Assembly (NCBI GenBank): GCA_026023565.1
Contig: JAPETS010000023.1
Coordinates: 124,001-188,000, forward strand
Length of the DNA stretch: 64,000 nt
Source of the DNA: Cirrosporium novae-zelandiae
Lineage: Eukaryota
Direction: 5' to 3'
In this document: positions 11,618 through 23,845 of the stretch, one piece after another
Layout: the number at the start of each line of letters is the position of its first letter
Position numbering within the stretch: position 1 is the first letter of the stretch
Program-made: the position numbers and the translations under genes
The notes under the pieces: model-generated
Seen by the model: only the letters and a program-made list of their open reading frames with translations
Database searches by the model: none
Told to the model about the DNA's origin: nothing

Positions 11618-14244
11618 TCCGCTCTTTCACAGTGTGCTAAATAAACATGAGCCCAAAGAATCGCTTGAAGATGCGGTCGGCCCTTAAGAAATACCTTAGC
11701 CTAGTTGAGAGACTGAGTGCTAGGATGTTTAGGGTACTACACCCCTAGTAGTTCCCCCCCCCCTTGAACCTTTGGGCCTTGGACCCAACCTTCAAGGCTT
11801 TTTTCTTTCTTTCTTCTCTTGTTTTCCCCACACACCAGAATCTAGGCAGTACACAGCGACATCTTAGTGACTTTTTTAGATACAATTCATGTACGTTGTC
11901 GCCATTTTTACCAACTGGAGACTGGCTGGCAGATCACCTGAGCTTCTAAATTGCTTCAGGGATCAGACATGAAAAAATATTTCTTGTTCTATCAAAAGAC
12001 CTTGGTGATACGGGCGTAATCGACGGAGAGTAAACACATCATACTTCCCCTCGAGTAAGTAGGCAGTAATACCCATGGCTTCCATGATTCGATAATTCGA
12101 TTCTTTGAATTTCAACATTCTCAGCTGTCTGCGCCAAGCCTTGAGCTATCCCAGTGACCCGTCAGTCAAGCCCGTCCTATTTGCGAGCCACCGAACCGTC
12201 TTCTAATTAAGAACAGTTACTGTTCAACGGTCGCGGTCGGACAATACTGGGTCCAATATGAGATCAATATGGATCCAAGTTAACGGTCGTTGGCGGTTGG
12301 CCACGAGGGTAGGTACGTTGCGAAGGCGCACTGCAAAAGCCGGATATTCCAACTATTATCGCCTCGAGGCTGAGAGTAGAAGAGACGGAGAAAGAGAGAT
12401 AAACTACCCATGCAGCCAAAATGGGGCCCTATTGACTGCAGGAGTAAGAAGTACGAAGCACGACTACTGCATCACTTCCGGCGTTCCACCAGGTGTCCAA
12501 TGCTTAAATGTTGACTATCAAATATACATACGGTACAAGTAGCCAAAATACCCTGTTTAAAGATGACTCCCCTGGGGGGTGGTCTACCTGCAATCTACAC
12601 TATTTTGAATTGTTGACGATAGCTTTTTCTGCGGTAGTGGACAGGGCCATAACCATGCTACAACAAGTCTATCACATCACTGAATTTCAAAGCAGGGTTG
12701 AAATTGAGTGAAATTACAGAAAGAGATAAGTCTGAAGAAAGGCTGACAGAGCCTGAAGTATAGAGGCGAAATTACAATCAGTCAGTCAGGACTTTTCAGT
12801 AGTTGGTACTTTACTTGGGTGGTTACGGTTACGAGCTAGTAGGGATTCTGGGGGGTTGGGCGGGTTTGGCGGGCTTGCTTTTCCCTTTGGCGTGTATTTT
12901 TGGTGTTTTTGGCGACCTTTCTGGACGTTCCATTCTCTGTCTCTCTGTCTCTCTTTTTCCCTTCTTTTCTCGCTTAACTAACATTACTCGCTTGTGCTTG
13001 TTCGACAATGGTTAATCTGCTTAATCTGCTTAATCTATCACTTTCGGTTGGCTGGTTCCCTGATTTCCTAGGCTTATTTCCATCATTCCCATTTTTTGAC
13101 ATGGTATTTTTTAGTTTCTGGGATAATACAGTAGATAATACAGTAGACTGGATAGGCTTGGATCGTCCCATCTTCTTGTCCATAGTCTCTCCCCCATTTT
13201 ACGCCCACCTATTGAACTCATCCAGTCCATTCAAAGTCCTGCCGGTTTCCTCCCCCCCTCCGCTTGCTGCCCTACAAGCTAGAGTAAGTGAAGTGAGTGA
13301 GTAAGTGACCATGATGACTATGATGACCAAGATGACCCAAAAGACGAAAAATACGAAAAATAACTCCCAATGATTGTATCCCGTATCTCTCTGGTATCCC
13401 CCCCTCTCTCCCCTTCCCCTCTAGTCCCTGGTTACCCTCCCCCTCTCTTCTGGTGCCTTTTTCACACCTTCCTTTTGTTCCGCTTTTCCAAGCATCTAAA
13501 CCATCTAAGGTATCTAAAAGCTATCTAAAAGCTATCTAACCATACAAACCATCTATAATCATCTCTCAAAGCCCCTTTGGTCCCCTAACTAAAGCTCCCT
13601 TGGTACTAGAGTTTCCATAAGTCCCCTAAATTCCCTAGGCCTAGTAGCCCAGCTGGATGGCGCGACTTGAAACACAAAGAAAAGACTGTCAGAACGTTAT
13701 CGATTGGCAGCCTGGAATGCGCACCAGCCTTCTGCAGCCCACAACTTTACTACCCACGGCTCACGGCTCACGGCTGCCTATACCCAGACAACTTAGCTAC
13801 GGCTGCAGTCTTTCTGTACCGTTCCCAGTAGCTCACTCTCCCACCGTCTTCGTTAGAGTCGGTCCCCCCAGCATCATGGATTGAGTTGACTTGGGCCAGC
13901 AGGGCTATCCGTGACAGGGTTCTTCATCCTTCCGCTAAACTAATCGTGGTCAGGGCTATCCAATGATTATCTGGCCGTTGAAAGGCACAGCTTCATCCTT
14001 TACTATTTCACCATGCTACTGCCCGTGGCGAAGGCTAGCTTTCTGTCTCTATTTCAATATCTACGAAGGCTTGGACACCTATACTTGTCAGGTTCTGTTA
14101 CTGTTCTATCTTTGTTTCTATCATTGGAATCAAACGGTATTCTTGCTCAGAAATATACCTTAGACGTCAACGTACTCTCTATCCATCAAGCATATCATTA
14201 AGATTTAACATCTCGGACATCCTTCTCACTTTGTATGTTCCACC

Positions 14245-15859
14245 ATGACTCTTTATCTTATCCCCTCCTCCTCTTTCAATATGAATCACTTCTCCGACCT
14301 TGAACCACCTTGCTCACCCAACTATAGATCTCGTGCCAACAGTACTCTCTCCGCAACTGCTGCTGGTTTCCAAGACTTGACCCTCCAGAGCACATCGCGG
14401 TCATCATCATTCTCAGTCTCAAACTCCCCAGGACATTACTATCAGCAGAAACAACCAACTAGTTCTGCCAACTCTCCCCTCATCCAACCTTCTCCTCTAG
14501 GCTCTGTCTTTAGCCTCAACTCGGAGAGTCTGCCATTTTCTGCTCCTACATCCGCAGAAACATTAGCTCAAGAGCCATCCTCGTATCGAGACATCCACTC
14601 GAATCATCCTGGCTCATTTGCTCCATCTCAACAAGCAGTTCAAGACGTCCCGACTTTTCAAATCAACCCCGCAACTACTGCCCCTCCAAGCACTTTTGCT
14701 GAAACCCAATCTTTGCTCCCAGAAAACCCCTCCAGCCAAGGGCGCGACGAGATGAGGTAAGTCTTCTCAGAATCACTAAAATAAATATTCGTAGTAATTA
14801 GGCCATAGTACTATTGGATACTCTCTTCCTACCCCCTTCCCTTCATTCAATTCTCAATACCCATACTGTTCTACGGGTCACCAAACAATGCAAGGTAAGA
14901 AATTTATGCCTATTCCGCCGCCTACAGACTGATTAATTATCGTGTAGAGGAAGCCTATCATCATTTGCCGATCTTACCAAGTCAGGGGAGCCCAGAAACA
15001 ATGAGCCACGCTAGTTTATCACCCAACTACGTTCAGCTACCATCATCAAGCGATTCGTTTAGTGGAATGAGCGTTGAGGAAAGAGAGGTTGCTCGACAGC
15101 GTAGGCGCCACTCTCAGAATGCACGGCGTATATCTCGTAGTCGACCGAATCGGGACAGATCTCCAAGCATCCTTTACCAACGCCCGAACAGCAGACAGGA
15201 AATGGCTATGGCAATGGCTGTTTCTTCCTCTGCGTCAATGAATCAACCAGTTGCCAGCACGCCCCCAGAACTAGCAATGTTTCCCTCCCCTTATTATGGT
15301 AGCCCTGTTCCTAGTGTTCCCCAATATCTGGATACTCTCACTGGGTGAGCTTCACACGAGATCTTTTTGGGGGAATAGCGTTCTAACGTATGAGCAGCCA
15401 ACCCCAACAATATGTTACAAACGATTTCAATATGCCCCCTGAACCTACCCCGATGGCAACTTATTCTACATGGCCTCCGTAAGTCTCAAAGAAATGCATA
15501 GGAAGGGGAATTTTTCTGACCAAAAGCACAGACCGAGTATGGTTCCAACCTCCATGTCTTCCGATCCCATTCCGCAGAGACCTTTTCAGCCAATTGCTTC
15601 GTCTGGCAGCCTCTCTCCGGGATTAGACGAGCAGGTCAGAGTTGTGGGATCCCGACCGAAGCCTCAATGCTGGGAGCATGGCTGCAATGGCCGTCAATTT
15701 TCGACCTTCAGCAATCTACTCCGCCACCAGCGCGAAAAATCTGGAACTGCAGCGAAATCGGAGTGCCCTCGGTGCGGCGCTGTTTTTACCCGGTCTACAG
15801 CCAGAAATGGACACATGGCTCACGACAAGTGCAAGTCTAGGAGAAATTCTGATTCATAA
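14245..15859 (+). CDS. C2H2-type zinc-finger transcription factor, ~5 exons, S/P/Q-rich N-terminal region
   Basis: ORFs 14245, 14965 and 15470 join in frame through GT-AG introns (first intron 14757-14808; further donors near 14894, 15345, 15479). C-terminus KPQCWEHGCNGRQFSTFSNLLRHQREK...CPRCGAVFTRSTARNGHMAHDKC. The start could be 14245 or 14281. Confidence 0.85.
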
Positions 15860-18062
15860 TTGTCTACTCTGGACCATTTCTTTCTTTGGCTACAGAACCT
15901 GGATTTCTTTTTTGTACCATTTTGCATGCATAGCGTGGAGTGGGAGCTTGGGACGTTTTATAGTGCTCCTTGAATTACCCTCAAGAGCCAGAATACCTGG
16001 GAGGCTTTACTACTTGGTGGTTCTACCACTTTTTCCCTGGCGTTTTCGTCAGGTCAAAACATAAAATTCGGAAAACGCAGAAGAACATGAGCAACGATGG
16101 CGACGTCATTTCTACTGCATGTCCTATACCTGTTTTATACAACATATCAAACACAATGCAAATGAGCATGTTACAAATGAAGAGTAGTACCGGCCTCTCT
16201 TCGATAGATAAACATAGCTTTCGCTAGTTGCGAAAAAGATAGCAATAATATAATCTACCTACTTAACCCTAATTATACCGCTTCGGTGGCTCCGCAACAC
16301 CGTACAAAGGCCATGAACTCTGATCCAGGTACCTGGGCAGTCAAGTACATAATTCTGCAAGACAACAAGTGAAGGAAAAATGATGATGGAAGTGATCTGC
16401 ATTGATGACCTATCCAACAGTTTGGATGTATAATCACGATTGATTTTCGAGCAACGGACTTTACGGAGTTGGGCCGAGGGTTCGATTACTCATGTCGCAC
16501 GCCCCGGTTTGCGACGAATGTCGCCGAAGCGGGGAGTTTTTTACAGCGGAAAGTGTCCGAGGTGTTCGGACCCGAAAGGTTACAAACAAAATATTACCAG
16601 AAATATTGATTTTTTTTGGAAACAACAGCAACGACAAGTTTAACAACAGCAAATGCATGTGCATGCCGATCCGCAGATCTTAAAATTGCCATGCGATATG
16701 CGAGGATCTAGAATTGGAAACAGGATGGTGGGATTTTATCCCGTCTAAGATCTCCTGAGCATCTCTATTTCTGGGGCAGTATGCCTTGGGTCCTTTCATT
16801 TGTTGGTCGCAGAGTAGGGTGTGCGTAAGGGTTTAATGTGTATGGGTCACTGGGTATGTTGGTAAGGTATGGGTGGTATAGGTGTGGGGGAGGTAACGGA
16901 GTTATGGGACGGTGATTGCAGTAAAGTTTCAAATTAAAGGTAAATGACTGTGGTGTTGTAATCTAACGCCTGTCTCTTGGGTAAGAAGGGTGAGGCTCAG
17001 CTAATTTTTTATTTATTTCTTGAATTCAGCCTTGGCGACTAAATCGGCTTTTGGCTTTGAAGATCTGGTCGAAGGTTGCGAAAAGTCTACGAGAAGAAGA
17101 ACACTTGAGGGTTGGCAATTTAACTTCAAGTTTCAAGATGCGATGATGGGGTTTGCCTTGGGAGTAATCGAAAAAAAAAATGGAAGGAGCCGCTTTTTAC
17201 TCAGGTTTTCCTTCCCAGACGTTCAAGGCTTCTCAGGCTTCTCCCGGAAAGTTACAGGGAATACAAAGGTAAACTTAGTCTATATCTATTTGGTAGCCAG
17301 CAGGGCAGCAGGGTACCAGGAATAACAGCAAAACTGTACGAGTGTACGAGGTGAAATTACAGTATGAGCCGTCCGCTTCTGACTCATCCACTTCATAGTC
17401 CCTGACTCGATTCTTATTCAGCAATCCTTGCTTCGTCGCTTATGACTCCCCAGTTTGGCCCAGACCCCTTGCAGACCATAGCACACAAACCCGCTTTCTA
17501 CAACACCAACCATTCGTCGTCTTTCTGTTTTGAACAACTTCCATCTATTTGCATTATATTCTTCAGTCAGCATTAAACAGTCAACCACCAGCCTCCTACT
17601 ATCAACACCATGGATCGTTCTTCCTCATATTTTGCATAGACACTCACTTGTGGACCCTTTCAAGGTCTCAAGTTCTCTCTCAATTCTACTAGAAGCTGCT
17701 GCTTTAGCTACCTTGCATCAATCAATTGAACGGAATAAAACCACAAACTGAATCACGGCTATAGGCTTTTCCATCCAAAATGTCACGATTATTATCGCAA
17801 TTGTTCAGAATACACCATTCCCATACAAACTCGTACTCTTTAGGTGCTTTAAATTTACGTCGAATATCTTTATTGCTGCAGCAGAGTGACCCGTGAAATA
17901 GTGCCAGCCTGGAGATCAATAGATTAGAAGGATAACACAAATATCAATCTCTCAGAAAGGAATACCGAGCCTACTGCTTGTCAAGTTTGCTCGGCTTTCC
18001 TTGGTGCTCATTCTGCGCATCTGCTGTTATTCCTGTATATTTTATAATATCCAGAAGTTAAC

Positions 18063-20870
18063 ATGGCATCTGTCTTCACCTATGATCCAGATCCACCACG
18101 GGTCTCTTCTCCCTGGTCAACCCCAAAAACATCAACCCCGGTACCTGATGCTTGCGGTGATAGCCCTACTTCTGACAAGAAACCCGTTGCTGCACTTGGT
18201 GCCTTGAAGCCAGCTCTGCTGGCTGAATGCGGCGGTCTCTCAAAGCTGCAGGCAGAACCGCAGGAAGGTCCCACCGAATATAAATTACATCTCTTACTTC
18301 GTCAACGTCGTTCATTTACAGTGTCTACAACTAGTAAATTGATTTCTGGGTCATTGCATGGCAAAGGCCATCATAATGGTCATTATTCTTCCAATAACGA
18401 TGGTCCATACTCAGAAAGCCCTAGACCGTCGCCTATGTCTGTGCCTTCTCCAGCCACGCGCCAGAACCGTCTGCAACAGCTAACTACGCAACTGTTATGG
18501 CGACTTCAGCAATCATCACCATACCACTCTTCTTCTGCTAATCGTTTGGTAATCCCAAGGTTGCCAGAGGCGAAAGACAGACTTGATGTCCCAGAACAAC
18601 CCAGTAAGCTACTACCAGGTCTCGAAGAGAGTCAAGGAGCTCTGTACGAGATCGGTGTTGCTGATGATGGTACATTTGTTGGGCTTACGCAGGATGAACT
18701 AGATGAGAGTTTAGAAAACCTAAAGGCTATGGCCGCAAGTCTTGGGTGTGGGGTTAAAGTTCTTCGGACCGTGATTGTTGGCAATTGTGAATGGGTGGAC
18801 GACAATGATCTTCCTGCAAAGCATAAAGAAGACTTATTTGTGGCAGAAGCTTTGGTGAAGCCAGACTTCACATCCTCTCATTTAGCTGAAACACAAGGAA
18901 ATAGTGATAAGGAGCGTCCTAATTTAGCTCGAGCATGCAGCGCACCAGTGAACGAGGAGTCTGCATCGCAGACTGAACAATTACGTGTAACTCTAACTGG
19001 GACGACAACATCTGGCAAATCTTCTCTCTTGGGAACTCTATCCACATCAACCCTTGACAATGGCCGAGGGAAGAGTAGGCTGAGCTTGTTACGACACCGT
19101 CACGAGATAGCTACAGGAGTTACCAGCTCTGTCTCTCAAGAAATGCTCGGCTACAAGACCGAAGAGTATGCAACCTGCACCGAAGTTGTTAACTATGCTT
19201 CTGGGAATGTTTCAACATGGGATGATATCCATGCATCTTCTCAGAGGGGCAGGTTGGTGTTTTTATCCGACTCTGCTGGTCACCCTCGATATCGTCGTAC
19301 AACGGCTCGTGGCTTAATGAGTTGGGCGCCTCATTGGACGTTCCTTTGCATAGCAGCTGACGACTCCGAAGACAGTTCAGGTAGGAATGGAGCTACATCT
19401 TCAGGGGAAGACCTCCTTAGTGGTGAAAGCGTTGATGTAGATTTTTCAATGGCCCATCTACAACTATGTCTGAAATTGCAACTTCCACTTGTGGTAGTCG
19501 TGACAAAGTTGGACATTGCTTCGAAAATAGGACTGTCCAGTGTATACAGAAAAGTATGGGGTGCGTTAAAAGATGCTAATAGAACACCTCTAGCACTATC
19601 TAAAGGCATGGATGAAATGATGTCGGAGGAGGACCTGCAGACTATTCCTCAAGTGGATGAAACCATAATTTTTGAGTACCTTCCCTACCTTCAAAATCAC
19701 CCCAAGCAGTATGTCCCCGTGATCATGACCAGTGCGGTAAATGGTCGCGGCATTGGCAAAGTCCACGCCCTCCTCCGTCACCTCCCAGTCCCCGACCTCG
19801 ATTCTATATTTCCGGGTCCAGTCCCGGTAACTACAACCCTCCGATACCAATCTTCCATGACAGCTCTCTTCCACATTGATGAAATATATTCCATGTCCGC
19901 GTCTAAAACATCTAGTTTTGAGCTTGGACCGGACTACTTTACATCTGGCGAACATGATGGAACAACAGGGTCTATTCTCTGTGGATATGTTCGCTATGGT
20001 GAACTTAGGGTTGGTGATGAATTCTGGGTTGGCCCCATAACAGTAGATGTCGGTGATGACCACCGCATTTCTCACTCTCGATCTTCAAAGTTATCGCATC
20101 GTTCGACTTCGTACTCGAACGTGCAGTCCAAATCTCTGCCCTCCGGTGTTATTCATGACGAAGATGAGACTAAGCCCCTTGCGCGCGAAATAGCCAGGTC
20201 AGCTTCGCATAGTAGTGTTAATGCATTTGCATCTAACGGAGCTTCTGAAACGGAAACAAAGGGTGAGTGGCAGCGAGTTCGAATCTTGAGTTTGAGAAAT
20301 CTGCGGCTACCTGTACGGAGGCTTCTAGCGGGCCAAGTTGGAACAGTAGGCGTTATGTCAATCTCTCTGCCTTCCTCTGAGGGTTCGCAGCAGCTGTTAA
20401 GCACATCATCAACAACAGCTACACAACGTTCTCATCCCAGAATCCGTAAAGGAATGGTGCTAGCATCTTGTACCCCGAGTAATACACATCCAGCTTCGTA
20501 TACCGGATTCACTGCAAGCTTTGATGTAAGAGATATACCAAATTTAGTGATCGGACATATTGTTATCGTGTATATTGCTAGCATGAGAGCGAGCGCAAGG
20601 ATCATAGAAATTGATACCGCTAGTTCTGATCTAGGAACAGAAGATGGGAGTACCGGTGTTTTTGATATGGATGACGGGGACCATGAGACCCATAGCAAGG
20701 ATAGGATTACCAATGACAGGGGAGACGGTGAGGTGAAGTTCAAATTCCAGGGTCAGAGAGAATGGGTTGAACTAGATAGCAAAGTTCTCGTAATGTTGAC
20801 TGGTGGAGGAACAAAGGCGAAGGGGGCATTAGAGGGGTGGGTCGGAAGGGTTATGGAAGTAAATGAGTAG
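18063..20870 (+). CDS. GTPBP1/GTPBP2-family translational GTPase (GTPBP2-like), intronless
   Basis: N-domain EPQEGPTEYKL, TQLLWRLQQ, ALYEIGVADDG. G1 GTTTSGKS, G2 RHRHEIATGVTSS, G3 DSAGH, G4 TKLD, then EF-Tu-like beta-barrel domains. Confidence 0.88.
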   Translation: MASVFTYDPDPPRVSSPWSTPKTSTPVPDACGDSPTSDKKPVAALGALKPALLAECGGLSKLQAEPQEGPTEYKLHLLLRQRRSFTVSTTSKLISGSLHGKGHHNGHYSSNNDGPYSESPRPSPMSVPSPATRQNRLQQLTTQLLWRLQQSSPYHSSSANRLVIPRLPEAKDRLDVPEQPSKLLPGLEESQGALYEIGVADDGTFVGLTQDELDESLENLKAMAASLGCGVKVLRTVIVGNCEWVDDNDLPAKHKEDLFVAEALVKPDFTSSHLAETQGNSDKERPNLARACSAPVNEESASQTEQLRVTLTGTTTSGKSSLLGTLSTSTLDNGRGKSRLSLLRHRHEIATGVTSSVSQEMLGYKTEEYATCTEVVNYASGNVSTWDDIHASSQRGRLVFLSDSAGHPRYRRTTARGLMSWAPHWTFLCIAADDSEDSSGRNGATSSGEDLLSGESVDVDFSMAHLQLCLKLQLPLVVVVTKLDIASKIGLSSVYRKVWGALKDANRTPLALSKGMDEMMSEEDLQTIPQVDETIIFEYLPYLQNHPKQYVPVIMTSAVNGRGIGKVHALLRHLPVPDLDSIFPGPVPVTTTLRYQSSMTALFHIDEIYSMSASKTSSFELGPDYFTSGEHDGTTGSILCGYVRYGELRVGDEFWVGPITVDVGDDHRISHSRSSKLSHRSTSYSNVQSKSLPSGVIHDEDETKPLAREIARSASHSSVNAFASNGASETETKGEWQRVRILSLRNLRLPVRRLLAGQVGTVGVMSISLPSSEGSQQLLSTSSTTATQRSHPRIRKGMVLASCTPSNTHPASYTGFTASFDVRDIPNLVIGHIVIVYIASMRASARIIEIDTASSDLGTEDGSTGVFDMDDGDHETHSKDRITNDRGDGEVKFKFQGQREWVELDSKVLVMLTGGGTKAKGALEGWVGRVMEVNE

Positions 20871-21487
20871 GTAGCAATATTTTGTTGAGGTTTTGTGAGT
20901 GAAATTGGGTGTAGTTTTTTTTCGACCTAGAACATTCATTGGTTAGCTGTTTGAGGTCGATAGATGTGGAGATATCGAAGAGAAAGAACATCTCACTCAT
21001 TATTGCGTATTGTGGTTAATAGGCACTATCGCTTGGGCCATTGGGTTCCTCACGGGTCCTTTGAGAAGAGATGCTTAACCAGTTAAGTCAAGAAGGTGGA
21101 TCCAATTCCAAAGCCAACTGCTTGTAGCCCCTCAGGCACTAGATATTCCTACCTTTCCATTTGCATCCTAAATCTTCTCAAAAAGTCTACCCCCGGAAAG
21201 GTCCGATCAACTGACTATTGAGAAGATTGAGACGGTTCCCCTGCAATGTTCGAGCCTTGGTCTAAACCGAATGTAGATTTCGTCTTTGAATATGGGGCCG
21301 AAAGCAACTAGAAACCAAAGGTACAGCTAGGTGCGTGAGTGCCTTGCTTGGTTGCATGGAGCGGGTGGAATGGGCGGTTCGATATTTAGTTGGTATTGGT
21401 AGTCGTTTTTATCCGCTTCTCCTGCATAAATGAATCCAAGGAGTTAAGGCAGCCCCCAATCATCACACCGCATCGCACCATCTACTT

Positions 21488-22324
21488 TCATCTCATATTT
21501 TCTTTTTCCGTTCCCAGCTTCCTCCATATCCTCACAACCTCCAGTAGCTCGAATCCAGCTCTCCCCCCACTTCTCGCCACGGTTTCAAAACCCCACGTTC
21601 CCTCCTCACCTTCCTGATTTCTCTTAGCTAACCATGCTCGGCCGACCTCCTCGGAGAGATTTCGTTTGCAGAAAATGAAATACGCAACCCCGAGAGGACT
21701 CATGATCTCGGGTAGCGCATCCAGCACGGGGAAGGTATGATGCATGCCGTCAGGGCCGCCGGCGTAGGTTAGAGCGAGAAGCGTGCTTTCCATGTTGAAG
21801 GTGAGCGTGTCTTGGGAAGAGAGGGGAGGCGGGTCCGGAAGCTCGTCGGTTGGGACGTAAGGGGGGTTGTAGATAAGGATGTCGAGGGTGCGGGGGAGGA
21901 GGGGTGGAATTAGAGAGCATAGAATCGGGGTGAATGAATACGTTCTCAGCGACTTTGGAGCTGTCGTCGTTGTCTTCTCACTGCCTTTTTCACCTCCAGC
22001 AATGCCGATATTTTCTTCAACAGCTTTCCTGACCGTCTCCCTAGCACCTCGACAGGCGTGGATATTCACATCCGTGGCTAGGACAACTACGTCCTGCCTC
22101 CCCAGAATAGTTTTTGCATTAGCCGTCAGGAAGGCCGATAGGATACCGGTACCAGTGCCGATCTCGAGGGTAAGTGGTGTTCGTGGCGTAGAGATAAAGC
22201 GAGATTGGAGAAAAGAGGTCTCGGGTGGGGATGATAGGGTGTCTAAAACCAAGAATGTGTCTTCGGCTGGCTCGTAGACAGTGTTATAGGGTGAGAGATG
22301 TGAGGTTGATGGGGTTGGGAGCAT
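21488..22324 (-). CDS. MTQ2: eRF1 glutamine methyltransferase (HemK2/N6AMT1 family)
   Basis: MLPTPSTSH..VYEPAEDTFL N-terminus, SAM motif LEIGTGTG, NPPY motif, AGGPDG. Confidence 0.92.
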   Translation of the reverse strand: MLPTPSTSHLSPYNTVYEPAEDTFLVLDTLSSPPETSFLQSRFISTPRTPLTLEIGTGTGILSAFLTANAKTILGRQDVVVLATDVNIHACRGARETVRKAVEENIGIAGGEKGSEKTTTTAPKSLRTYSFTPILCSLIPPLLPRTLDILIYNPPYVPTDELPDPPPLSSQDTLTFNMESTLLALTYAGGPDGMHHTFPVLDALPEIMSPLGVAYFIFCKRNLSEEVGRAWLAKRNQEGEEGTWGFETVARSGGRAGFELLEVVRIWRKLGTEKENMR

Positions 22325-23589
22325 GATAGCAAGTTTTTTTTCTTTATTTTTTATCCTTTCGGGTTTTCTATTTTGACTTGCGGTTTGTGAAACCTAAAAA
22401 AGAAGTGGAATGTAAACAATAGTGGGGGCTCACAGGGTAGCAATCACGTTTGAAAATTCATTGATACAAGACAAAAAAGCAAAAGATTAGAAAATTTAGA
22501 AATTGTTTTTCATAAAACGGGTTTCGAGAATACCTAACAAGTTGTGTAGAAATGTATGAAGTCTGCTACAGTGAAGCAATGGGCTTGTTAAAATTTTGTA
22601 CCTTGAGAGGGAAGATGAGCAATTCCCCAGGTTTGTTAGAAATTTTGATAATGAGAATTATAAATCGCGGTTGATTAACACTGACTTCGGGCATGAGGTT
22701 AGTGGGTAAAATTACAGTAATTTATTTCATTGTTTACCTTCACTGGGTTCAATGAAAACAAACCACTCCTTCTAAATCAATTATATATATAATCATAGTA
22801 TCATTCTCCCCAGGAGGCCTCGAAGAAGCTAATTTCGGTATCAATTTGGGATTCTTGTATAGATTGGCCGTTGGAGAAGTCTTTTTGTGATGGGTGAAGA
22901 TTATTTATTAGCAAAGCAACTTGCTTCATTTCATCAAAATGTTAACTTGCTACTCTACGGCGCGTACCTATTTCCTCTCCATTTTAAGAAACTACAGTTG
23001 TATCGATTTTCTATATTTGCTTATGATCTAGTCGTTCTGTGTATTTGAGCGTAAAATTATATCTTGTTTAGCCAATATCGTCCGAGCTATTGTTACTTGA
23101 GTACCCTAACTTTGACAGCCTTATCGCTCTTTCCTTTTTTATATACATGGAAGAAGCAAATTTAAATAAGGCACAGAGAGAAAAGGGAATAAGTCCATGG
23201 AACTCGAATGCTTTTCCGTTAACTTCAACATTTTTGTCTATTGTAAAATGATTAAAATTCATTGTTTTATTTTTCACTGCAACGAAAACTTTCCCCTCGA
23301 CAATACACAACAATGTCATTTTGGTTCCGTTACCCATCACTTCTAAGCAGAGGAAGCTTTGACAAACATCACTCCTATCAATACCCAAACCTTATCTAAC
23401 TCTATAACTATTTTCATAATCACCATAATCATCGCACACACCAACAGTCAATCTCAGGATGACAACACCACAACCGAACCAACGACCTATATCACCCTCC
23501 ACCAAAATACGGCTCACCCGAAGACCTCTGGGCTAGATTATCAAGTCGGTCCCGCCATTCTCGCATCGTTGGTGACAGAGGGAATTGCC

Positions 23590-23845
23590 GGTGTTGTTGG
23601 TTTAGTCAAGCGTGGCTTCGACTACTTGTTCGATAAGAAATGGCGTGAGGATTTCCCTGCTGTGACTCGTTGGTTCGAGACTGTTTACAACCAGCCTCTA
23701 TACTCTTCGAGCGTACCCCCATTCAAATTTATTGATGAAGCTATCAAGTATACCCCGCTAAAGAATGAGAAGAAGCACGAAGAGAAGAAAAAGGAACAGC
23801 CAAAGCCTAAGAAGGGAGAAGAGGAATAGGAAGAGGACAAGCCCG
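23590..23845 (+). pseudogene. Truncated eEF1B-gamma fragment (end of GST-C domain plus charged linker)
   Basis: VKRGFDYLFDKKWREDFPAVTRWFETVYNQPLY...FKFIDEAIKYTP.KNEKK...KKEQPKPKKGEEE*EEDKP. In-frame TAG at 23827-23829. No GST-N domain upstream and no C-terminal EF1G domain downstream. Confidence 0.8.

Noticed and set aside
21021..21345. Inverted repeats (AATCTTCTCAA/TTGAGAAGATT; AGGCACT/AGTGCCT) suggesting RNase MRP/P or another ncRNA
   Set aside because: The conserved P4 motifs are not properly present, and one 11-bp stem is about what chance gives in 64 kb.
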